A stretch of DNA of 64,000 bases. Origin: an uncultured archaeon (GTDB lineage Archaea; Asgardarchaeota; Lokiarchaeia; Sigyniarchaeales; SOKP01). The notes under the pieces are model-generated. The model was not told the DNA's origin. It searched no databases and saw nothing but the letters and a program-made list of their open reading frames with translations. Where the stretch lies: NCBI GenBank assembly GCA_964632315.1, contig CAZWEM010000008.1, forward strand, positions 51,141-115,140, in the 5' to 3' direction. The position numbers and the translations under genes were made by a program. Below, one piece after another: positions 22,304 to 31,230 of the stretch. Each line of letters starts with the position of its first letter. Positions within the stretch are counted from its first letter, which is position 1.

Positions 22304-22323
22304 GATAAAAACCCCTTATGAAC

Positions 22324-22779
22324 TTAAAATATGGACCGAAATCGATCCTCAGTCTTCATTTTCAAGTCCCCCAGCAATTTATCGATCCTTTCTTCGAATT
22401 TAGTAAAGAATTTATCTTTTTTTGAAAATATATCATTTAAAGAATATCTATTTAAAAAATGGGAATTTATTTCATGCAAGTGTCTCTTCACTATTTCAGC
22501 ATCAGTTTCTTTTTCAATAATTGCGAAAGAAATCAATGGTTGCTTGTTTGATGGATCATTAGGTAATGCAATCAAGTCACAATAACACACTAATTTAAAT
22601 GAAGCCAGAGAGATGACATTGATGTCGTCTCCAAAAACCTCTGATGTAAAGCTTTCGAGAGCAGACAGAAAACCAGCTCTTAACTCTGGATCAAGTCCCA
22701 CTCCAGTATCGGAATGATAATATCTACGAGTTATGATGTTTCTAGTTCCTAAATTTATCCCAAGTTCAAGAATAGCCAT
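22324..22779 (-). CDS. Stand-alone longin-like domain protein
   Basis: DPELRAGFLSALESFTSEVFG, ISFAIIEK, FLNRY..FTKFEERIDKLL; longin secondary-structure pattern. Confidence 0.65.
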   Translation of the reverse strand: MAILELGINLGTRNIITRRYYHSDTGVGLDPELRAGFLSALESFTSEVFGDDINVISLASFKLVCYCDLIALPNDPSNKQPLISFAIIEKETDAEIVKRHLHEINSHFLNRYSLNDIFSKKDKFFTKFEERIDKLLGDLKMKTEDRFRSIF

Positions 22780-22873
22780 TTTTTAAATATAAGGTAAATT
22801 TTAAATAATTACAATTAGGATGTATGAATAATTAAATATTGTTCCTTATATTTTTTCTTATCTGTTCCATGTT

Positions 22874-23740
22874 TTACTTAAGTAATTTTTTGTTCTGGTT
22901 TTTATATGCAATAAATGTATTTCGCATGAGAAACGCGACTGTAAGTGGACCAATACCACCAGGATTAGGCGTTATAAAACTACATTTATTAAATACGTCG
23001 TTAAAATCAATATCTCCAGTTAACTTCCCATTTACTCGATTTGTCCCCACATCTATTAAAACTGCTCCATCTTTTATCATATTTTTATTAATAAAATTTG
23101 GTTTACCAACTGCAACCACCAAAATATCAGCCTTTTTGGTAAATTCCTCAATTTGTACAGTAGATGTATGACAAACTGTTACTGTAGCATTTCTTTTCAA
23201 CATCATAAAAATTAAGGGTTTTCCTACCAAATTAGAACGGTTAATAATTACAACATGCTTTCCCTTTATTTCAAGGTTATAAGATTCCAATATCTTAACT
23301 ATACCTTTAGGCGTGCAAGGGGCATATTCCTCATTATAATCGAATAATTTACCTTTATTAATTGGATGCAAACCATCTACATCTTTCAAGGGAGAAATAT
23401 TTGCTATAAAAGTAGTACTGTCAGCTTTTAAATGTGTAGGAAGAGGTAATTGTAATAGAATCCCATTGACTGTCGCATCCTTATTCAACTCCTTTATTAC
23501 TTTTATCAGCTCGTCCTTCTCAACGTGTTCTTCTAATTTTACAGAAACGGAATCAATACCAACTTCTGCACATATTTTTTTCTTTATATTGATATAAACT
23601 TGAGAAGCGGGATTTTCACCAACTAAAATTGTAGCTAATTTTGGCATAATTCCGTATTTTTCGGTAGCTTTTAGGATATCTCTTTTTAATCCTTCATTGA
23701 GTTTTTGTGCGAGTTTTTTACCATCTAAAATTTTATCCAT
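22874..23740 (-). CDS. folD: Bifunctional methylene-THF dehydrogenase/cyclohydrolase
   Basis: ILDGKKLA, GILLQLPLP, KDVDGLHP, PCTPKG, RSNLVGKP, TPNPGGIGPLT. Confidence 0.96.
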   Translation of the reverse strand: MDKILDGKKLAQKLNEGLKRDILKATEKYGIMPKLATILVGENPASQVYINIKKKICAEVGIDSVSVKLEEHVEKDELIKVIKELNKDATVNGILLQLPLPTHLKADSTTFIANISPLKDVDGLHPINKGKLFDYNEEYAPCTPKGIVKILESYNLEIKGKHVVIINRSNLVGKPLIFMMLKRNATVTVCHTSTVQIEEFTKKADILVVAVGKPNFINKNMIKDGAVLIDVGTNRVNGKLTGDIDFNDVFNKCSFITPNPGGIGPLTVAFLMRNTFIAYKNQNKKLLK

Positions 23741-23821
23741 GATTAAGATCTTTATTGAATTATTATGAATTAATATTGTAAATTTCCATTAAAGAAATAT
23801 TATTATTTGATTATTAATGGG

Positions 23822-24934
23822 TTAAACCCTTCGTCTTCGCCAAATGATATACGCAACTATAATGAGTATGCCAATAACAACTAACACAATCGTTAAGATA
23901 AGATAGTTAAATTCTACCATAAAAACATCTTTATCTAGTGAAGATAGGGAATTAAAAAGCATTAAACTGTTAAAAGCATAGAAAGTTGTCGTGATTGATG
24001 ATAATTCTTGATTATTTTCGGAGTATTTATCACTAAATCCTCCATCTTGGAAATTTTGGCGATCCAAAACCCAAGAAACTGTTGCATCCACATGTAAATT
24101 GGAAGATTGAATACAATCGATTGCTGTCGCAGCAAAATACGTACTGCTTAAAAGAGGAAAAACTGCGATATCCATTGGAAGATAACCTCCATATCTGATT
24201 AAATCATACGTATCATTGATGAAAAATGAGTTTAGATACTCCAAGGTTTTTGATTTACTTACTAAAGCATCAACACTATCTAGTTCATTGATTAAAACTA
24301 CCGCATAATATGTGGTTAACAATGTAGAGGTCAATGTCGAATTTCCAGCATACCCTCCATCAATTTTAAAACAGCTTAATATCCAATTCTCGTGAATAGC
24401 TTTATTAGGAAATTCAATCCCTAGAAGATCATAAATTTGATACGCATAAAAGGTGGATGTGAGATCTCTTGAATTGCTTGAATTAATGGGTGAGAACCCT
24501 CCATCAACATGGGAACTTGAATTAAGATATTTTTGAATCGTAACATTTAAAGCAGAATCAATAGAATAGCCAATCAGGTCGAAAGCTTGTAATATATAAT
24601 AGAGATCATATAAAAGCAATGTATTTGAGTCAAGCATATCATTTAAATTATCTTCCAAATAATTACTTAACTCTACTTTATCAACTTGGTTTTCAACACC
24701 CAAAACACCCTCAATTTTAAGAGCATCGTAATGGTTGAGTATTTGTAAAGCTTGGGCATTTTCTTGATAGGTTTCTCCAAGAAAATCTTCACTATCTTCT
24801 ATTACTCCTTGATTGGCATAAATGAAATCAATCATGTACGAATTTCTCGTCTTAGCAGCTACTAAGGGAGTGATAATAATTAAAGATGTAAATGTTAGAA
24901 GGATTATCGTGAAGAGTCTAAGTTTTATTTTCAA
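23822..24934 (-). CDS. Exported, membrane-anchored prenyltransferase/squalene-oxidase-repeat protein
   Basis: Signal peptide, four DGG(F/Y)...ST.YA repeats, C-terminal TM plus RRRRV. Confidence 0.75.
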   Translation of the reverse strand: MKIKLRLFTIILLTFTSLIIITPLVAAKTRNSYMIDFIYANQGVIEDSEDFLGETYQENAQALQILNHYDALKIEGVLGVENQVDKVELSNYLEDNLNDMLDSNTLLLYDLYYILQAFDLIGYSIDSALNVTIQKYLNSSSHVDGGFSPINSSNSRDLTSTFYAYQIYDLLGIEFPNKAIHENWILSCFKIDGGYAGNSTLTSTLLTTYYAVVLINELDSVDALVSKSKTLEYLNSFFINDTYDLIRYGGYLPMDIAVFPLLSSTYFAATAIDCIQSSNLHVDATVSWVLDRQNFQDGGFSDKYSENNQELSSITTTFYAFNSLMLFNSLSSLDKDVFMVEFNYLILTIVLVVIGILIIVAYIIWRRRRV

Positions 24935-25066
24935 TTACTCAAAAACCTCAATATATAAAATTACTTTTTTAAATTCAACTTGAAATTAAAAATTATCGGT
25001 ATGTAAAGAATTTTGTTCCAAAATATCGATTTTCTTGGGAGATGAAATCTCACATTTAAATAAAGG

Positions 25067-26593
25067 TTAGAAAATTTCGCTAATATCTTTATAGAGATGG
25101 TCACTATTTGACAAAAACTCTTCATGGGTTACAAACAGTCTTAAGAATGATGGGAGGCTGCCAAGTATTGCTGCTCCACTAAAAATTGCAAATTGAAGAT
25201 TATCTGGGATATAATACTTGATTAATCCTTCTGTAGATTTATAATAACCCGAAAATTCCTTAGCTGGAGCTATTTTTTTGATTTCTTGTTTTTGAACTTC
25301 CGGTGCTTCAAATGATTCTAAGCTTGAACCACAATATGGACAGAAAATTGACGATGTATCTGTTACCTCTTTCTTACAAGAAGGACAAATTAATTTCCCA
25401 TCTACCATTATAGATTCAGCAGGATTTTCTCCAAATTCTATGGAAAGCTCTGGTAAGGATAGTCTTCCTCCACATGAAGGACAAAATTCCTTACCATCTG
25501 ATAAATCAACCATTTCACCACATTGGGGGCAAGTATCTCTTGTTTTTTTGCTTCCTTTTACTGGTTTCATCTTTGAGGAAATAGATTCTTCATTATTTGT
25601 GACTTTTGGTTTTGGGATTTTACCTAATTCTGGAAGGAGTTTATTCAATTCTAAGGTTAATCGTTCATCAAAACCAGAATAAGAGAGATTACCACCTGAT
25701 ATAATAACATGTGTTAATAAATCTGACCAATAATGGTTATCAATTCCTTGTAAGCTTGCAATTATTGCTTGAGGAACGCTATTTATAGGGTACCCTAATA
25801 ATTGTGGCTGAAACATAACTTCTGGGGCTTCAGAGAAAATATAGTGAGGAATTTGTATCGTAGATCCATCTGGCATTGAAAGTTTAAAACTATCGCTCAT
25901 ATCATGATCTTTTGAGGGATCAAGAACAAAATAACAGTTCTTTTCCTTGATATCTCTAATTATTTCATCTACAGCAGAAGACTCAATTGATATCCCTTCT
26001 CGCATGAGTAAATTTTTTAGATACTGGTTAACATCTGTGCCGGCTAACGTTAACTTCTGGACTGCTTGGTCAATTATTTGACCGTTTACAATTGGACAAA
26101 TCCATGTCATCCCGTCACCACTTTCAATAACTAAACCAGTAGTCAATCCCACACTAAACATAGAAAGTATTGGAGTAGGAACCATAATTAAACTTTTTAC
26201 TCTATGAGTTTCATAAAGAACACGTGCAATATACTCTTTTGTCTCTCTGGGAACGAAAGGATACTCAGTATAAAATACGGGATAATCAGAAAGATTTTCT
26301 ACCCTTAATAACGAGTAAAAAATATAGTTTAGTATTTCATAAAAGTCATTCCAATCTAAAATCGCTCCTCTTTCAATGGGATGTTTTACTTTTAAAACTC
26401 CACGCATTTTCATTGCATCGTTGCCCACATATATGTTTCTTGCACCCACATCAACCATAACGGCCTTGTATTTTTCAGTACCCGTGATAGTGGGAAATAC
26501 AAATCTTGGGGTGGGCTCTCCAGCGAATCCAACCTTGCAATAAGCCGATCCTATGTCAATAATAATGGGGGTTCCTGGTAACGGGATAACCAT
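25067..26593 (-). CDS. Actin-related protein with double zinc-ribbon insertion
   Basis: IDIGS..CKVGFAGE..PR..FP, YVG, HPIERG, TTGLVIESGDG, DIKEK.CY, PDG, SGG, GAAILGSL; four CxxC in insert. Confidence 0.93.
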   Translation of the reverse strand: MVIPLPGTPIIIDIGSAYCKVGFAGEPTPRFVFPTITGTEKYKAVMVDVGARNIYVGNDAMKMRGVLKVKHPIERGAILDWNDFYEILNYIFYSLLRVENLSDYPVFYTEYPFVPRETKEYIARVLYETHRVKSLIMVPTPILSMFSVGLTTGLVIESGDGMTWICPIVNGQIIDQAVQKLTLAGTDVNQYLKNLLMREGISIESSAVDEIIRDIKEKNCYFVLDPSKDHDMSDSFKLSMPDGSTIQIPHYIFSEAPEVMFQPQLLGYPINSVPQAIIASLQGIDNHYWSDLLTHVIISGGNLSYSGFDERLTLELNKLLPELGKIPKPKVTNNEESISSKMKPVKGSKKTRDTCPQCGEMVDLSDGKEFCPSCGGRLSLPELSIEFGENPAESIMVDGKLICPSCKKEVTDTSSIFCPYCGSSLESFEAPEVQKQEIKKIAPAKEFSGYYKSTEGLIKYYIPDNLQFAIFSGAAILGSLPSFLRLFVTHEEFLSNSDHLYKDISEIF

Positions 26594-26720
26594 AGCAATT
26601 CAATTTGTTGTATGTTTTTTTAAAAAACCTTAATCTCTAGAAAAGGAATTTTACTATAAAAATTAAGTGAAGTTTGAAAGTTAAAAATTTTTACTTTAAC
26701 TCTTCTCATTAAGCTTTGAT

Positions 26721-27388
26721 CTAATTTCCAGACGTAGGATAATTCTTGACAATTTCTCTAAAAGCTAAAATTTTCTTTTTGCGTTGTTCTATTGCGAGAC
26801 GATCGGTCTCGTCAAATTCTTCTTCCATCCATTCTTTCTGCTTTCGTTCCTCTGCTAAAGCTTCGCGTTTATAGTTTTTTAAAGAAATTAGAGAGAATGT
26901 TGCTTTATACTGAAATAAGATCCTTCTAAAGAGATAACTCCTTCTGAGAGACTTGTTTTTTCTTGAATTTTGCCGAAAACTTCCATTATCGGGTAATCTA
27001 TTATCCCTACGTAGATGTAATGAAAGAGGTTATTGATGTTTTCCATCGCACTAAACTTTCTCATTGCAAGAGGCTTATTTTGAATTCGGGCAGTATATAA
27101 TGCTAATAACCCTAGAGCGCAATAAAATCGCATTACAATCTCTTCTTGTTTGTACCTTGCTATAATAAAATTGGATATATTCTCTTGAATTTCGTTGATC
27201 ACAGTGGGAGCGAAGTTCTGTTGCCAGATCGAAAGATATTTGATCAGCATTTCATACCATGTATCGCAAAATCACTTGGATTGGGTAAAGAATACAACCC
27301 CAAAAGTGTCATAGTTGAATTTCAGCTCATAAGCGTTGAATTCTGGTGGTTCAATTACGGATATATAACTCGTTCCTATTTTTTCCAT
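26721..27388 (-). pseudogene. Disrupted gene of unknown family (in-frame TGA and frameshift)
   Basis: ATG 27388 MEKIGTSY..TQSK, TGA at 27274-27272, then in frame with ORF 26888..27250; a second frame continues ..NYKREALAEERKQKEWMEEEFD..PTSGN to TAG 26721. Confidence 0.55.
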
Positions 27389-27738
27389 TCACTTTCGCCT
27401 TCATTTAATTGTGTTTATAATAAATTACAATGAGAGTATTTAAACAAAAATTGTAAATTTTTGATTAGTTTCATATCACGGTTTTCTCGATAGAACTTTG
27501 TATAACAATTAGAAAAATTAATCATAATCCTCATGGTCATTATAAAAGTTTTGATTTTCATTTAGCAAATTTCCTTTTTCAAGAATTCAATGATTGCTTT
27601 CCTGATTGAGATTCTTTCTTCTTCGTCTTAATCATTCAGTAGTCGTTTAATGAGAATATCAATTTCGTTCAGGAATCCATTAATTGTTTTAAAAATTGGT
27701 TAAAATCATTTTCCATAAAATTTCAAATTAGTCGGGGA

Positions 27739-28164
27739 TTAATCTTTCAATATTGAATAAATTGTAGTTAAGATATCGTATTGAATTACTAACCCAATCA
27801 ATTCAGATCTCTCATTAACTACAGGTAATCGTTCAATTTTATTTTCATGCATTAATTGAAGTACTTTAACGAGTGAATCTTCTTTTCTGATTACAATTGG
27901 ATCTGAAGTCATTAAATCGCTAACACGTGTATTAGGAGTATCTAAATTCATGGCAAATCTGGCTAATCTAATATCCCGTTGAGTGATTATCCCTATTACC
28001 TCCTTTTTAGTGGCTTCTCTAACCACGGGCAAACCTCCTATTTTTTTCCTTAACATTAATAATTCTGTTTGACTAATTTTGGCTTCAGGAGTAGTGTAGA
28101 TAGGATTCAATATCATAAAATCCAAAACTTTTAGTTGCGGAATTTTTAAAGCCTTTTCTGCCAT
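27739..28164 (-). CDS. Tandem CBS-domain protein
   Basis: IGGLPVV..GIITQRDI; V.DLMT..IERLPVV..LIGLV. Confidence 0.92.
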   Translation of the reverse strand: MAEKALKIPQLKVLDFMILNPIYTTPEAKISQTELLMLRKKIGGLPVVREATKKEVIGIITQRDIRLARFAMNLDTPNTRVSDLMTSDPIVIRKEDSLVKVLQLMHENKIERLPVVNERSELIGLVIQYDILTTIYSILKD

Positions 28165-28254
28165 TTTTAACGATCCAACTGGAACACTTATAAAAATAAA
28201 TTTAACTTAAACCTTTAAAGAAAAATAATCCGTGTGTGAATTAAAATCTAATCA

Positions 28255-28668
28255 TTAGTCTAACCTAAGAGTGCTTTCAAGCTTCTTTTCAAGCTTTTTT
28301 ATCTCAGAAAATAATGTATTATATGTCTCAAGTAAAAATTGACCCCATTCGTTTAATTCAATCCATCCTCCTCCTCCAGGTCCTCCTTTTCCAGTATTGA
28401 CTGGAGTTTGTCCTGTTCGTTTTTCTATTCTTTTTAAAATATTCCACGCATACTTATAGGAATAACCACAGTCTTGGGCAGCTTTCGTTAATGAATTATC
28501 CTTCATTTGGCTTAATTCATGAATGCGGTTTAAAAGTTTTGCCCATCCAGAACCTAAGATGTTTTTTCTTTCTCCATTTTCGAATTCTAACCAAATTTTC
28601 AAGCCAAAACTTACTTTTTTTTTGAGGCTTTCAATATTAGAAGGTTGGATTGGGGGTTTATTCTTCAT
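28255..28668 (-). CDS. ModE-like winged-helix transcriptional regulator
   Basis: KIWL, ILGSG..LL, SLTKAA..GYSYKYAW, GGPGGGG..L.EWG. Confidence 0.88.
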   Translation of the reverse strand: MKNKPPIQPSNIESLKKKVSFGLKIWLEFENGERKNILGSGWAKLLNRIHELSQMKDNSLTKAAQDCGYSYKYAWNILKRIEKRTGQTPVNTGKGGPGGGGWIELNEWGQFLLETYNTLFSEIKKLEKKLESTLRLD

Positions 28669-28787
28669 GACACTACATTAATTGATTCCAAAATTTTTAA
28701 TGATTTTGATAAAAAAATTTAATGCAACTTTAAGATCTACTGTTTATAATGGAGAAATTAAATATTGATTTTTAATTATAAAAATGC

Positions 28788-29525
28788 ATGTTTTTTATAA
28801 GTGAACCTCGAATTAAACAAGGAAAAAAGGTAATTGAAAACGTATATTACTTTGCAGAATCAGGAATGCTTGATTGCAACCAATATATTATCAAGGATAG
28901 CACAAATGATGAATTGAGCTTATTTGATGCGGGAAATGGTTTGTCATTGAATGGTCTAATAGAAGGATTAAAGCAACACGATTTGGATTTTCATAATATC
29001 ACCAAAATTTATATTACTCATGAACACGTCGATCACGTCATTGGATTATATCGCATATGTGAAATGCTCGATAAGAATGTAAAAATTTATGCCTATGGAG
29101 AGACTGTTAAAATTTTACAAAAAGGAATGGTAGATAAAATATTCCCAGGTAGTTTAGGAATTGGTCCTGAAATGTTTAAAGTGAAAGTGGTACCCTTGGA
29201 AGTGCAAGAATTAGGGATTTCTTGTAAGATAGGTCAATTTGAATTCAAAATCCTTCATACTCCGGGGCACTCCCCAAGTTCTGTTTGTTATTATGATCCT
29301 AATCAAAAAATACTCATTCCAGGAGATTTAGTGTTCGTTGGAGGCAGTTTTGGAAGATATGATTTTCCTGGAGGCTCTTTGCCGAAGCTTATAGAATCTA
29401 TTTCAAGGGTTAATGATTTAGATGTAGAATATCTGCTTCCAGGCCATATGGGAATAAGTAGAGACGGAAATTACGACATTAAGATGTCATATCGAATGGT
29501 AAAATCTATCAGTTCATACTTTTAA
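28788..29525 (+). CDS. Metallo-beta-lactamase-fold hydrolase
   Basis: THEHVDH, HTPGHS, GD, PGH. Confidence 0.92.
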   Translation: MFFISEPRIKQGKKVIENVYYFAESGMLDCNQYIIKDSTNDELSLFDAGNGLSLNGLIEGLKQHDLDFHNITKIYITHEHVDHVIGLYRICEMLDKNVKIYAYGETVKILQKGMVDKIFPGSLGIGPEMFKVKVVPLEVQELGISCKIGQFEFKILHTPGHSPSSVCYYDPNQKILIPGDLVFVGGSFGRYDFPGGSLPKLIESISRVNDLDVEYLLPGHMGISRDGNYDIKMSYRMVKSISSYF

Positions 29526-29690
29526 AATTATTTTCACGTTAATATCTTTATAAATTCAATAAGAAATGGGCTTTTTCTATTCTTAAATTAATCTTGATTA
29601 TTATGTGAAGTATGAATATATTTTTATGGAGGAAATATATATATAATTTTAATACTCGTTTACTTGATGAGTTAATATAAAAATAAAAGA

Positions 29691-30362
29691 TTGATTATCA
29701 TGTCAGCAAATCAACAAAAAACGACAGAAGAAGTTTATATAAGATCTTACCCAAAAGTAATCTTCATGTATCCATTATTAATTACTTCATTTATTCTCTG
29801 GCTACTTGAACTAGCAAACCCAACTGATTTAGTACCAATATTTGGTACTATCTGGATGATTGTATTATTCGTGAATCTATTTATCATGGCTTTTGATTTC
29901 TCTTCAGCAAAGTTTTTCGTCTTAGTCTTAGTGGTAGTGGTTGTAGCATTGTTAGTAGTATTTCTAGTCCTTCCTAATTTAGATGTATCAATAGGAGCAT
30001 TAAACATTAATTTCCAAATAACTCCTCAGTTTTATGCAATAGTCGCTCTCATTCTAGCCTTTATTCTAGGATTGGTGTGGCTAACTTCTCGATTTGATTA
30101 TTGGAAGATCGAAAGAAATGAGATATATCACAAAAATGGAATATTCTCCTCAGCAGAACGTATTCCTACTAAAAGTTTAAGGCTTAAGAAAGAAATTCCT
30201 GACGTTTTTGAATTTTTTGTATTACGTGCAGGATCGATTACCCTCATGCCAGGCCATGGTGATGTAATCCCTTTAACTACTGTCCTTAACATTAATAAAA
30301 AGGAACGACAAATTGACCAATTACTCTCGTATGTCTCAGTTGAACCCGATGAAGTAGATTAA
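29691..30362 (+). CDS. Membrane protein, about 4 TM plus soluble C-terminal domain
   Basis: Hydrophobic helices then a soluble tail; likely start ATG 29700. Confidence 0.75.
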   Translation: MIIMSANQQKTTEEVYIRSYPKVIFMYPLLITSFILWLLELANPTDLVPIFGTIWMIVLFVNLFIMAFDFSSAKFFVLVLVVVVVALLVVFLVLPNLDVSIGALNINFQITPQFYAIVALILAFILGLVWLTSRFDYWKIERNEIYHKNGIFSSAERIPTKSLRLKKEIPDVFEFFVLRAGSITLMPGHGDVIPLTTVLNINKKERQIDQLLSYVSVEPDEVD

Positions 30363-30485
30363 AGTTATTTTAAACTATTTTTTATTTTATTTTGATTTTT
30401 TCAAAATCTATATTAAATCCATTTTGTACATGTAAGATTCCAATTGATTATATTTAAGTTTCAGTTCATATTTTTAAATATAAAT

Positions 30486-31208
30486 ATGTCTAAACCTCCA
30501 ATTCTATTATTCGATTTTGATGGAGTCGTTATAACTCAAAAAGCTCTTGAATATGCCGCATTAATTCATTCCCGCAAGGGATTTTATAGTTGGAGGAATC
30601 TTGATGACTTAAGACTTATTGATTTTGCTCGACTTTTTGAGGAATCTGATTCAAAAAATAGACTGAAAGCAATTTTTCAAGCATTTAAATCTTATGCTTC
30701 TTATATTCCAAGTAGATGGAAAAGAATTATATTTTTTGTAAAGTTTCGACGTTTCTATCCAAGATATGAGCAATATGAAACAATTGATCCAAATTTAGAG
30801 AAAATTTTACCTATATTAAAATCTGCTAAAATTCCGCTTGGAATCGTATCAAACACCACTAAAAAAAGGCTCACGGATTTTAAAGATAAGTTAAATTTAG
30901 AAGATTTTTTTTCCGTATTTATCTCAAGAGACGATTCAAAATATCGAAAACCTAATCCATATCCTATATTTCTCGCATTAAATAAATTAAAAAAAGAAAA
31001 TCATGTTAAAATAATGAAAGATCAGATTTACTTTATAGGTGATCTGCCTAGTGATATTCAAACGGCTAAAAATGCTAACATTAATAGTATTGCCGTTCTT
31101 TCAGGTCACGGAAGAAGAAAAGACCTTGAAAATACCGAACCAACTTTTATCTTAAAAAACTTATCCAATTTGTTAGACCTTGACCCGATCAAAAAATTCT
31201 TATTATAA
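30486..31208 (+). CDS. HAD-superfamily hydrolase (phosphoglycolate phosphatase-like)
   Basis: FDFDG, VSN, KPNP, IGDLPSD; start at ATG 30486. Confidence 0.9.
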   Translation: MSKPPILLFDFDGVVITQKALEYAALIHSRKGFYSWRNLDDLRLIDFARLFEESDSKNRLKAIFQAFKSYASYIPSRWKRIIFFVKFRRFYPRYEQYETIDPNLEKILPILKSAKIPLGIVSNTTKKRLTDFKDKLNLEDFFSVFISRDDSKYRKPNPYPIFLALNKLKKENHVKIMKDQIYFIGDLPSDIQTAKNANINSIAVLSGHGRRKDLENTEPTFILKNLSNLLDLDPIKKFLL

Positions 31209-31230
31209 TATTCTTTTTCTTCTTTAGGTT

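Noticed and set aside
26660-26712. Minus-strand ATGA plus hairpin as a SECIS for the TGA at 27274
   Set aside because: The 3' GA of the kink-turn quartet is missing and the gene also has a frameshift
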